Assembly: GCA_964247055.1 (NCBI GenBank)
Contig: OZ176056.1
Location: forward strand, 6,014,001 to 6,078,000
DNA: 64,000 bases
Direction of reading: 5' to 3'
From: Paragordius varius
Taxonomy: Eukaryota > Animalia > Nematomorpha
In this document: positions 13,755 through 27,300 of the stretch, one piece after another
Layout: each line of letters begins with the position of its first letter
How positions within the stretch are numbered: position 1 is the stretch's first letter
Notes under the pieces: model-generated
The model's input: the letters and a program-made list of their open reading frames with translations, nothing else
Databases searched by the model: none
Told to the model about the DNA's origin: nothing
Translations under genes and position numbers: made by a program

Positions 13755-14005
13755 AAAATGCATTAATATTACGATCATATCCTTTATTTTATCAAAAATT
13801 TATTTTTTTTGTTAAATGGGTAATATTTGGTATAGAATATAAAAAAAACATGAGCTCTATGTTGATTCTTATAATTTTTGATGAATATGATATTGGTAAT
13901 TCAATAGAGCTCTTGCTTTTTCCATTCTTTACCAAATATTTATACCCATTTAAACAAAAAAAATAAATTTTTAATAAAATTAAGGATACATGACTGTAAT
14001 TAATA
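13755..14005. mobile_element. MITE-like short inverted repeat (~110-bp arms)
   Basis: tcctttattttatcaaaaatttatttttttgttaaatgggtaatatttggt..gagctct is mirrored by agagctc..accaaatatttatacccatttaaacaaaaaaataaattttaataaaattaagga. Confidence 0.55.
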
Positions 14006-14415
14006 TTCCAGTTTATAATGTACTGCTTAGGCTATTTGATAATAATTTTATAAATTACATTTTAAGGATAATATGTCAAATTACATAGCAAAACTATATT
14101 TAAAATATTCATATTTCATAGGTTATTATATGTCCCTTTAACATACTGTATTGTAAGTTAACCAATTGATTCATTTACATATATAATGTATAATAGTTCT
14201 AAAAATTTGAAAAAATTTGTAGAAAAGGTGGTTTTCATGTAAACACTTGTAACAGACCAAATAATTATATAATCGAATCCTTGAACTCCATTCATATAAC
14301 ATATATTCAATTTGTCAAAAAAACTTTTAATAATTATTTGAAATAGTTTTCCTCACACAAGTTTTATAAAACCAAATTTTTTATTATATTTCGTTGTAAA
14401 AAATATTTTATCGCC

Positions 14416-16060
14416 ATGACTAAATTTGGAATATTCGTTCTTTTAGCCTGCTTATGTATGTTATTCGTAGATTGTCAGGGTAAAAGACATTTTAATAAAA
14501 TATTTTAAGGGGTTTCCAAGCCCAGCCGTATGCGGCCCTATGTAAATGTTATGCCGCCCACGAGAAAATGATAGAAAACTTTATGAAATTTAAATAAATT
14601 CTTTATTAATAAAATTGTCTTAATAAATCTTTCCGCGGCAATAAACTAGAAAAATTGTTAAAATATACAGCCTTTTTTACAGTTTAATGTTTGAAATCTA
14701 ATAAAACATTTATAAATGCCCATATGTTTCGTGAATGCTGCCCGCCGGGTTTTAGAAAATGCGGCCCGCGAAGCCACTTATGTTGGATACCCCTGATATA
14801 AAGCAAACAAACCGAAAAAAATTTAATAGCCAATTATAAAAATATATTTCTTTATTAATCAATTTTTCAAGAAAATCTAATATTTATTTTAAAGTGAGCC
14901 GAAAATTCAGACATTATAAATATTAAATTTATTTTGTAGTATTTTAAAAATATTAATTAATGTAAAATTTGAGAATGTTTTAAAAAGCTAGTTTTAATTT
15001 TTTGCGATATAAAACATCCGATTAAACAATCGACATTTGATAAAAAGCTTTTTTATTAAGTAAAGTTGTTTGTTCTTTATGCTAAATATAATTTTTTATT
15101 TTATTATGAAAATAATTAGATTTAAATTAAGGTTTTATTATATGCATAACGGAAAATTTTGTCAAATTAACATTAATATGGCCCATTAGGGTAAAATGAT
15201 GGCCATTTGATTTATAAATAGAAATTTTACGAAATTTGTTGGATTTAATTTCCTTATATGCGGTGCAATGACCAATTTTAACCTTAAATTCCAAAATTTT
15301 AAAATCCATAAAAAAGGACAAATATAAAATGCTACCAAAATTTTAACACTATATATATATATATATATACATAAAATCAGTTCGAAGTGGTATTGTGGCT
15401 GAATTAAAGGAGCTGGAAAGAAAATTTTATGAATTGCAACGTGAACAAACCGAATATATAAATCTGCATGGTAAATATTATTTTTGGTGAAATACCCCGA
15501 TTTGAAATTATATACAAAATCAAGATTTCGATTTTAACATTAAAATTTGATTCAAAAGTTGAACAGTATTTAGGTTTTGACAATTATTGTCATTCATAAG
15601 TTTTTCGTATTAAAAATAACTGTTATCGAATAAATTTATCAGTTTATTCGTGTAAAAACTTATTCAATTAGTATTAAAAATAAAAGAAATTGTATAAAAG
15701 TATGTTGAGAAAAATGCACATGCAAATTTTATTCGGGAACGTATTTTTTAATTGCAAGAGATGTTTAAAAGGTTGTTAGGGTTTCATTTTTTAAATATTT
15801 TTACATTAGACTTTTATGAGCTGGGAACTACTTTTTTCGACAAATTTAACAAATGTCAGCGAGAAAAACTATAAAAAAATAGTGATATTTCTTTGGTAAA
15901 AAAAAATATTTATTTTATATTCCCACACAATTTTTTTTAAGGTATCAAAGAATTTTGCAAGCAAAAATGTGATGATTATCAGTATAGTCGATGTGGTGAA
16001 TGCAAGGAATATTTGGATCAAATATATGGTACTAATCCACCAACTTTATCCCCACAATAG
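14416..16060 (+). CDS. Small secreted Cys-containing protein, 90 aa, no family recognised
   Basis: Exons 14416-14479 (gccATG; hydrophobic MTKFGIFVLLACLCMLFVDCQ; CAGG|GTAAAA), 15381-15470 (TCAG| ... CATG|GTAAAT) and 15942-16060 (T-tract AAG| ... TAG). Both junctions are phase 1 and join into a single stop-free 273-nt ORF. AATAAA motifs follow near 16073-16085. Confidence 0.75.
14507..14795. mobile_element. hAT Buster/Charlie-type MITE in intron 1 of the small secreted-protein gene
   Basis: Termini aaggggtttccaag / gttggatacccctg with subterminal tgcggccc motifs; related to copies at 18363-18628, ~21440-21560 and inside 4499-7118. Confidence 0.7.
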
Positions 16061-16389
16061 ATATATATGTGAAATAAATAATAAATTTATTATTATAAAA
16101 ACAAATAAATGTGTTAATTTTTAACTACATCAATATGAAAATGCTGCAATAATGATTTTTTAGTAAAATAACGAAAGAAAAATGTGTGAAATGATTATAC
16201 TTTAAAGATATGTCTATACATATTTATATAAACAATAAGTAACATGACTTTCGTTGTTATTTCATGATAAATAGCGGCTTTAACTGATTTTCTAGGAATC
16301 TACAAGAATGAGCTATAACATTCTTATAATAACTAATAATTTTTCTAAAAATTGTAAAATAAATGGGTATTAATCTCAATTTTAGGAAA

Positions 16390-19300
16390 TTATATAACAA
16401 ATAAATTGATTGGTACAAATTCAAGCTTTATATCATCAAACTTTTCCAATGACCCATAGATTTGGTTTAAAGTTTTTTGGTTACGGAAATAGGCATAATC
16501 TTCGTAAACTGAAACACACAATGGTGTTTGAGCCAACAACCGAACATAATGATGTAATAAATGAAATCTAGATTGGGTACAATTTAATTCATTAAGATTA
16601 TAGGAAAATGTGATTTCAAAATATTAATTTTATTCGAAATTACCATTTATACACTTTAAGTCCCCAAACTTAGCATATTTCTTTTTAATGTTAATTTAAG
16701 ATTCCTAATTAATTAAACATTGAAACATTTCGTATACTCGATTTAATCATATATATCATTCTGGGATAAATTTCATATATGATCAATTTTATGCTAAATT
16801 ATATAATTTTTTAAAAAAATTTATTTTTTTGTTAAGTGCTGTGTTAAAATAATAAATATATATTTTTCACGACTAGGGAAATATTAAATTTTTTTTATTT
16901 AATTTAATCAAAATATGTTAAATAGGAAAAAAGAAATAATGCAAAAAAAGAAATAATAAATATTTAGAGTAAAAATTTAAATTATACGGACAAAACGTAA
17001 AATTATAAAGACAATTATTTTAAAGGAAAACTATACTTTCTACTTGAATTTTTAAAATATTACAGATTTTTTTTAAAGTATGGTTGCCTTTTAGAAAAAA
17101 AATTTGTCCTTATATTATTACGTTTTATCCGTAGAATTTAAATTTTTAATGTTAGTTCTCTTTAATAAAAAGTCTTTTAATAGAAATTATGTAATAGAGT
17201 AAAATTAATTAAGGAGATTTTAAGGGTAAAATTGGAAGTAAAAAAATAAACTTACCTAAATAGCTGTATTATGAAGGCCCTAACCATATCGATTGAGGTG
17301 ATATTATTCACATTACTACAAGATTCATCTATTTGACAAAAATGATCGGCATCATTTATAGCTTTATATTTGGTACCATTACGATTGTCGCGATTGACTG
17401 CCCCTTTTATAATATGCGTGTTGGTAATTTTATGATTTGGGGCAAAATTGATTGCTGAACCCTTTAAACAAAACGTTTTTTGAATTTTTGAAAATAATGC
17501 TAGGATTGAATTTATATTCCGAATGGTTACATCATCCCAACCTTGACTGTGGAAACAAAGGAGTTTGCGCAAAAAATCATTAACATAACCTATTGTAGAA
17601 TAGAACATATTTTAGTAACTATAAATATTATTCTAGTCAAAAGTAAAATTACATAAAGAAAGTAAAAGATATATATGTTAGGACAATTATATTTTGCTAA
17701 ATATTAATTTTTTAACCAATTGTTTTGGTGTTTAGCTATAAATTGGTCACCTATTATAATTTTAAAATCATAAAAATTTAGGTTAGAAATAATCAAGGAT
17801 AAAAAATGTGTTTTCATAAAAAAAGTATTATCGTTTTAACAATTTATCATTAAAATTATCACTTTTTCTCTGAGTTAAAAATGTAAAATGGTGTAAAATA
17901 TAACCCAAAAAAGTCCATAGGTTTTCATCCTTGGAAGAGTCAAAAAATTTTGAACTAGGATACCGTCGATATGCCATAAAAAAGCGTTCCATATAACTGA
18001 GTAAACCATCGTTAGGATTGCAAATTAGTATGATTATTTGAGTGTTTAGCTAAATATAAAAAAAATTTAAAGCTAAAATAAAATTTTGAATGAAATCGTT
18101 TACGAAAGAGCTTAATTTGTTATTATTAATAAAAATGTGCTGTTAAAATAAGAAAAAATAATGTTAAAAAGTGTGTTTAATAAAAACTATTTGGCCCTAA
18201 AATAATTTTTTTGACTAAAAATCCTTATACTACAATTAAAAATGTTTGAATCTTTTAATAAAATAATTTGTTTTTACATTTATCCTTACGCAATATTTCG
18301 CATTGAAGCATTAATATATATTGTATGCTCATTCGTATTTTAATAATAACACTAGTCTAAAGGAGGGATGCCCAACATAAATGGTTTCGCAGGGCGCATT
18401 CGAAATATATATATGGGCATTAAACAATTTATTTATTTTTAAAATATAAAATTCAAATACAATAATGCAATTTTTTCTGATTCTCGCCAATTGGATAGGG
18501 TTATTTAGAAAAATTGGGTAATAAATATCAATTTTAATTAAATTTTATTGGCTTATTTGGAAATTATAGATTTCCATAATTTTCGGCCGCACATAAAGTT
18601 TCATAGAACCGCCTTTTAGACACTCCTGGTCTAAAGTATTCAACTTTGGATCGCAAATACTTTTAAAAAACTAATTTTGTTTGAGTTGGTTGAACATATT
18701 AAGTCAAATCTTATTTTAAGTAACAACAAAATATAATATACGGTTTATATCCAATTTATTTTGCAAACATAAATTCTAAAAAGTACATTTTTTCTATTTT
18801 TCAAATTTTTTCAAATTATTTAAATGGTAATTTAAAAAAAGATATTTCTATATTTTATGATTAAATACCTAATATAATTAGTATAGACAATAAATTATTT
18901 ACATTTTTAATGTTCACATCATATTCGTTAGGATTATTTCCTTTGAATTTTGCCAGGAACCCAATCTTTTCCCGCAAAGCAGTTAAACATACCTGATATT
19001 GTTCCAACAATATCATTTGTTGATCATATATTTGAGTTAGGGTTAATTCGGTATTTAAGTTGGTAGAATTGTCAACTTTTTCATTTAACACATCTATATT
19101 GCAAATATTTTTGAAAGTTAACGATTGCCACAAAATAGTGCAGCTAATTTTAGAATAAAATTCTAATAATAGATGTAATAACTCATAAATGTAATAAATA
19201 ATGTAGGATATTTAAAAATATAGCAATATCTTAATTTTAAAATAACATGAAAAAAGTCTTACCATGAGATTTAATTTTGGAATTTTCGGAGATTGTATCA

Positions 19301-22300
19301 TATAGAGTACGAATATCTTAATTATAAAATAAAACAAATAATTAATTGTACAAAAATAAATAAATATAATATAAAAATTTATACCCTTGGCCAAATCAAA
19401 ATTATAGGGTAGAAGTTCGCTCAGAAAAACACAAAAGTCTAAAGGAGATGCTATATTCTGTGATCCATCCTTTCGATTTCCAGGTATTTTCATTTGTCCC
19501 GCATTAAATATATTGTCAAATCTATCTTATTGAGTAGAAGAAAAAAAATTTTATATCAAATCTTATGAAAGAAAAATGTGAAGATTATAAATATATCTTA
19601 ATATTTTCGCACTTAAATATACGACCAGTTAATTCATTGCGGACGTAAATGGCTTTAATATTCATAGGGGTATCCGTAGGAGACGATGCCTTATTTGAGT
19701 AGGATAAATATATAGCTTGTAACACACCAAGGTTTTGATGCTATAATGTAATGTTAAAAAATATTTATTTGTACCATTTAATCAACTTATTGATTAATCG
19801 ACGCTACATTACATTTCAGACCATTAAAACAATAGCAGGATGGCCTGGTTCACAATTTCAATAGTAAATTGTATTGGTTTTGTAAAAAAGCATTTTTTAT
19901 GCCTATTTTAATTCTTTGCTTTGTGTATAATATTATACCATTTACACACCTCATATTCATGAAGCACTTCAAATTAAACCATGAAAATTTCGAATTCCCC
20001 CTTGAACATTTGAAATTCACCCAAAAATATATTACGTGTTTTTTTGAGCTAACTAGCTCATCATTATGAAGTATTTATGGCATTATCATTTTTTTATGGT
20101 GTTAATTTTAAACATTTTTTTTAATTTAAATAGATGTATTACTGATTTTAAAACAATGATTTTTAGGGTAAATTCTGAATAAGAAATGAGTATTTTAAAT
20201 AATCAAGGGTGAATCGAAGTGTAAATTGCATACACCGCTTAAATTTTAAATAAAGAGTACTTTTCTAATTAACCAACAATCAATATCGGCTTTATAACCA
20301 TTTGCATTACGTTTACTTTAAAAACAGAAAATTAATTGGTTTTTTTATTTGATTTAAATCTCTTATGGCAGAACATGAGCGATGAATTTGCCTGCTTCAA
20401 AAAAAATATTAAAATTAAAACAAAATTTTTGAAAAAAGAACATATCATTTAAAACTGTATTGACTAAGGAGAAAGCGAAGAGAAAGTCATTTGGTTGCCA
20501 TATTAAAACTTAAATTTAAACACCTAATTTCATTAAATACATTTCTGTAAAATATATTATCAACTAATAACTACGTTTCGGCTGAAACTTAAAAAAGGTG
20601 TAATTATTAAATTTTATAAGAAATTAGAGACGCATCTGCCTAAAATAAAATTTGGGTTGAAATATCATTGATTTACGAGAACCTTAAATTCGAATTCCAA
20701 CGAATTTTCCGAGGGTAAAAGGATTGGTGTCTTCTTTAGATGACCCATGAGAGTAAAACTAGGCAATTTAAAGACGGTATAAAATGTGATGGGTTTAATT
20801 GGGCAAAACACCATTTTATACGGTATTTCTATCATAATGATATAATTATTATTAATAAAATTTCGTGAATTTAAAACATAAAATTCAATTAATATTGAAT
20901 AATGTATGATTTTATCGAATTATAAATTTTTTAAGAATTCACAAATACTAGTCGAAAAACCCATGCATTTAATATTTCCAGCTTCTTATCTTTGATTGTA
21001 ATATTTTTAATTGAAACTTGCATATATATTATATATTCATTCTATTTTAACGAAAAGATTATACAGTATGCATTTTAAAGCTGGCTTATTGACATTGGAG
21101 TTAGTCAATTGACACACAGAAACAAATCCCAATAATCTTACCTATATTGATGTAAGTGTTTGTAAAGCAAAAGTAATCCACGGTACCCAAAGTTTGAATG
21201 TAATGTAAAAATTGTTCACATTCGTCAGCACATCGGATAAAAGCATAGCGTTTATAATATTTTCTATTCCGAACAAAAAAATGCATAAATTATTATTGAA
21301 TCAATATACAGTATGAGTAAGTATATATTGGAAAGTAAAATATTGCCAAATAGTAGTATATTAAACAAAGAAAATTATTGACAAATAATAATAAAAAGTG
21401 AAAAAATAACGCGAAAATTGTCAAAATACATAATGGTTTTTACAATCTTATGTTTAAAATCTAATAAAATATTTGTGAATTCCATATATTTTTCGAATGC
21501 GATCCGTCGGATTTTTCCTTCCAAAAATGCGGCCTGCGAAGCCGTTTATGTTGAAAACCCATACTAGAGCTAAATTTTATTATTTTTTTTATAGTTTTTT
21601 TTTCAGAATCACGTGAAACGTTTATAATTAAAACTTTTGTATGAATTATGTGAATAAATTATAGTTAAATTTTAAATTTTTAGTAATAGCATAAGACATT
21701 CGTATATAGGTCATGAATAAGGCAGAAAATATTGATATTTATATACAGTTTAGAGTTCCTTTTTCCTTTTAAAAGGAAGGACTTAAATTATAACCGAACT
21801 CGCCTGCTCAGGGCTGACAGCGATGATTGAAAAATTGCGTATTTCTACCTCCAGTAGAAAAAATATAAATAAATTTATTAGAAGCTCGAATTGTCGCACA
21901 AAAGCATCATCAGGAGTTGTTTAAAAAATAAGTGGAACCAAATAAATAAATTTTAATATGTGACTAATTAATATTTTCTTTAATTGCTATAACTATAATG
22001 GATAAAGAAAAATATCACAAAGGAAATCATAACAATCTAGTAGGTGCGTGTGGAACAATTTTATATAACACATATATGTATATATATTAAGGTATCTAAA
22101 TAATGAAAAATATAAATATTTAATATCAATACTTTATAAAGGATTGAGAATAAAAATTGTGGGTTCATGTGCCGCCTTCTCTTCGCGACTATTAGTAGAT
22201 TATAAGGACTGTATGAATAAGGATTCTTTGGTTAGTCTGGATTTGAGCTTCTTCGATTGCTAAGATATCTACCGAAATAGAAGGTGGTCATTGTCCAAAC

Positions 22301-24317
22301 AATGTAAGAATATGGCTGAATGCTTCTTACATGCTCTTTAAACTTCACCTTTAAGTCTCTTTTCTTGTCTCATAGCCTAACAATCATTGCAGTTTAACCT
22401 GTATGTATTCTCAGATTCGATATCGAGAGTTAAGAGAACGTTTGCTGTAGGTTTGTAGTAAACTTTTAAACTATTTTTTCTTTTTAGAATTTTGACAAGG
22501 TTGGTAGAATGTAGGGTAGGAATATATATTTACTTGCGATTATAATAGTAGACGATTGTGATTAATTTGCAAAATACATGTCCGGTAGTGTTACAATTAA
22601 ACCGTGCCATTAGCAGAAGCGATTAACAATGATATATTGGATACTATGGCTAGGCAAAACCAGGATATGAAAGATATTCTGGACCAGATTGATGACCAAA
22701 CTAGAAACGATTTGTAAAAAACATTAAAACGACCATACATATGTAACCCATCAATAATAAAGAAGACATCAAAACGCTAAAGACGCACAAAGATCATAAT
22801 GGCTTTAAAATTTGAATGCGAAAAAAATGTAAAAGAAATATTTCTAGATGAACTCACAAATTTTCCTTTTCCAATAACCTAAATCCTATATTCCTAAATA
22901 TAAGCCTTCAATTTTGTTAAGACCAATTGTTAGTTATTGAACAGCTTCCACCTATATAAAAAGTAGATATCTAACAAATCTATTCAATCTACTACGCAGT
23001 AATGTACATAGTGTTAAAAATTTGTTTGAATTGGCACAAAAAATATGCAACTTCATGTCAACAGAGAAAAATTTATCGTTAATGTAACATATCCACAAGT
23101 ATTCAGCTTGACTATTCTAGAGGAATTCGCTTAAAGACATAGGGACTTTTTTGAAAAGGATTACCACATTAATTCAAGCCTCCTCTTAATCTAGACAATT
23201 TTGCTAACAACTATTTTACCTTTAAAAATAAATCTTATAAACTAAAAAAATGTATTCCTATAGGTAGCAGTTTCTCATTGGTGAACTGTGTCTTAGTACA
23301 TTGAGAGGGTTTTATCAAACAACGAAATAAAATTTTATAAAGGATATGGTGAGATGAGATATTAGTAAGTCTCAGAAATGAATTAAAATAAATTATTTAT
23401 AGCGCTGAACAACTAATCGGAACTAACTTAATAAAGAAGAGAACATCGAAAATTCAATATGTTTTTTAGCCATTGTCATAGCTAAAGTCCGCAATAACAG
23501 CCATATATCCATCGCCACAAAAGTTAATTATAGAAAATTTACAATTTCACTTTTCTATCTTTGGAGTGAAATCACCAACCATTCACCTACAAATGCACAG
23601 TATCCTGCTACATAAAGCGCACACTGCCGCTACCAAACACATTGGAAATGCAGATAAAGCAAACAAGTGAAATAGTGCAGTATCCTCTACACCAGAGAAA
23701 TCACCAAGAGTGGAACACATCGGCTGTCAATGCTGTCCTATCAGTGCCGATCGGTTCTGCTAATAACTAGGTGCACACTGTAATACTACTGGACTGTGTA
23801 ATACAATGACACAATCGTCTACTATCATTGCCCCGATTAGTCGTAAAAATGTATGCCTACCCTACAGCGGAACTTCTACCAACCTTGCTTGCCGAAATTC
23901 TAAAAAACAAAATAGTTTAAAAGTTTACAACAAACCTACAGCAAAAGTTCTCTTAATGTTGTGAACTCGCGATATCGAATCAGAATACATTATACAGGTT
24001 ATGCAATGACAGTCTAAGAGATGGGACAGTTCAAAAGAGACATAAAGGTGTGAAATTTAAAGAGCATGTAAGAATTAGCCATTGTTTGGACATTGGTTAC
24101 CATTGTTATAGCTCGGTAATGTTAGCGATAAAAAAAAGTTCAAATCCAGACTAACCAAAGGATTCTTATTTATACAGTGCACAAAAGTATGGCTACCATA
24201 TAGGCGTGAAGAGAAGCGGGACTTATATCTCAGACTAAAATTATAATTAAAAACCATAGCATTTTTTTCCCATACCTTATAGTATTGATATTAAATTTTT
24301 ATTTATTATTTAGGTAA

Positions 24318-24362
<45 letters not shown>

Positions 24363-27300
24363 TAGCGTAAAATAATATTAGTCCATAATAGAATAATTTA
24401 CAAGGGGATATTATAGACATGTGTATTTACAACTAGGATTGTTTTTTTTAAAAAAATTTTTATTCTTCTATGGACTAATATTGTTTTACTCCATACGCTA
24501 CTGTATATATATAAGAGTGCTTTGGTGGTGTTAATTACATTTATACCACATGCGCCTATTAGATTGTAACCTTCGTGATAATTTTTTTATCCATTTAACC
24601 AATTAAAAATTTTATTGATTAATTCACATAGTTTATATTATAATGCATGTACATTATTTTAAGTTGTTTTGAGTTTTTATTTTAATATTTTTTTATTTTC
24701 TACAGTAATCACGACGTATATACGAATCTTATTTAGACGTTTAATACGGATTTTAGTAGAAAAAGCAGTAGTCTTAATGTAAAAAATCTGTAGACTCTTA
24801 AATAATTAAATATTGTTTCAATCCGAATAAATACGCTTTAATTTGCATGTCGCGCCGTGCACAGATATTGAATCATAAAGAAGAGAAAATATGTAAACGT
24901 TTTTTTCGGGTGTAATTTGAAAAAAAGTTTTTCCAAGTCCATATTTTCGAAATCAACCAAATTAATAGAAGGCTTTTTTTCATGTATTATTAAAAATGAG
25001 TTTGATAATTAAGAGATGGTAAGAAGGTTAGTTAGGCAAAATGTGTAAATGATTAAAAGGTTATATTTGTAGGGCTTTAATTTAATATCCAATAAAATTT
25101 TGGTTAATGGTGTGAATATTTAAAAAAAAATCAAACCTTATATATTTGTCATTTTGATGATTGCTTTTGTCCAATAATTCCTTGAATCCATCATATAATG
25201 TTTGACGCTCCAATTGCAATTTTATCCAACAACGTAAAAATCCGATGGGAGATTTCGTGATATCTCTAACTATTTTATGCTTCAATATGTTTCTAAAATA
25301 TTATTAATATAACATTCTTCAAAAAAAGTTATGTAACACAAAAAAGGTTACATTGCTATAAAACTTTAAGCCAGTTACGAATTATAACCGATAAAAATAA
25401 TTTTATAGAATCGATAAATTTAAATAATCAGCTTTCTAATAACACAACATCATTGGCATATAAATAGTTTATAATTCCTATTTTTATACTCTAGCCCTTG
25501 TTAATCGATTTCGCCTGATATTAGCAAACAATGTATTCACTATCCAAATTTATATATAGGGGCATTTTAAATAAGAATTATTTGGTTAAATTATATAATG
25601 TAACAAACTTTAAATCATAGAGTAAAGTATTAGGCATTTGGGATTGTTGAAGTAAAGAAGATTGCAACACATCTCTTACATACAACTCCTTTGGCCAAAT
25701 TGATTTGCTGATTAAGTTAAAGAAATTTGTTACAAACGGCATTTGTTTTGAAGTCGTCGATAAAGTTTCGGACTTTTTTACTTTTTGTCCTTCATCTTTA
25801 TGATTCAATTTTACATGTGATTTTTCATTTTCTGGTTTTATCATGTGATGATCATTAATTTTTAAAGAGCCCGTTGGTTTTAAAAGCTTTGTATTGGTAT
25901 TATTAATTTCATTCTTCCTTTTTGGAATCTTCAAAGAAAAAGTTGACTTTTGAAACTTGCCCTTTTCAGGATTTTTATTTATGCAATTTTTTTCGCCGTT
26001 CATATTATGTTGAGGGTTAAGAGGTGTTGAGGTTAGTAATGTTGGACCATTTGACTCTTTGCATTTTTGATCACTATGCTTATACTTATGATTGGGATGT
26101 AAAAAATCAGTGTTTGTCTCTGATATAAATGAATAGTATGATATTTGAATTAATTGATAAATGCATAACGTTATTAATATTACAGCAAATGAGTAAAAAG
26201 AAATTGTTTAAAAGTGTTGATTTCTTTACATCTATATAAAAGCCTAAGCTATCATGTTTGGAAAAAAAACGTTAACAATACTTGGATCGACTAGTAAGAG
26301 TAGAGCATATTATTTATATACTTCATGAACTTTTGGCGTAGTTTTATATATTTAAGGGCCATTTAAAATTTAAATATCTTAAAAAATATTTTTATGAATG
26401 GGCCAAAAAATATGCTTTATTTTATTTTTTTAAGCGCAAAATAAAAAAAATTGTATAAAATTGTAAATAAATCTTCCTCAAACTTTGTTTTATCTTTAAA
26501 TATTTAAAATCCCGAATACAACAGTCTAAAACTTTAGAGATCTTTTAAATTAGTAATTATCAGCAAAATTTCAAATTTATTGATTATAATATCATTCGTT
26601 CGTTTATATTGTATTTTAAACCTATAATTTGGGGCTTTAGAAGTTAAAATCTGAAAAATCTAAGTTTTCATCATCTAGAAAACAATATTTAAGGATTGTA
26701 TTTATACCAAAACAACTTTAAAATAATATATGTTTATACATCCAGCTAGGGGTTAAAAACTTCCCAAAAATGTCATCGTAAACAAAAAAATGAAAAGATT
26801 ATAAATTGTTAATGTAAAGTTACAGTTGAAGTAAAATTATTATTCAATTTCATTATTGTCAGATATAAGTAATAATACTGTTAGGAAAAGCGAGTTGTCT
26901 ATACATCTATTAAAAAATATTTTCTTCTTTGTAGATTTTAACCTCAAAGTACAATTTTTAGATAATACTGTAAATGAATTAGAAGTTAAATATGATTTTT
27001 CTACCGTCTTCATCTAATATAGGTGATAGAGTTGTATGCGTATCATTGGAAGCCACAGTTTCAAACTTAAATCTATAGGACGCTTTTTTGGTACTGATAT
27101 TATGGGATATTTTTTCAGTGTCATTTTTCGCCATCACTATAAAATATAAAAATAATTTACGCATCCGTCAACACAAAATGACAAATTTCGTAATTAATAT
27201 AAAAGACCTTTGGGCACAACGCTATCGGCATTGGGATCAGTAATTAGAGAATTTGCGTTTGTGAGCTTATTGGTTTTAACATCTACCGATGTATTTGATA

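Larger units (their letters stand above)
21640..22640 (-). mobile_element. Inverted copy of the 3' portion of the same Penelope-like element (inverted pseudo-LTR)
   Basis: Reverse complement of ~23640-24790; minus translation YRLNCNDC..KRDLKVKFKEHVR..SAIFLHCLDNDH..SRLTKESLFIQ. Confidence 0.75.

Noticed and set aside
20560-20595. gccgaaacgtag on the minus strand as a second hammerhead
   Set aside because: The CUGANGA box is absent; fragment only.
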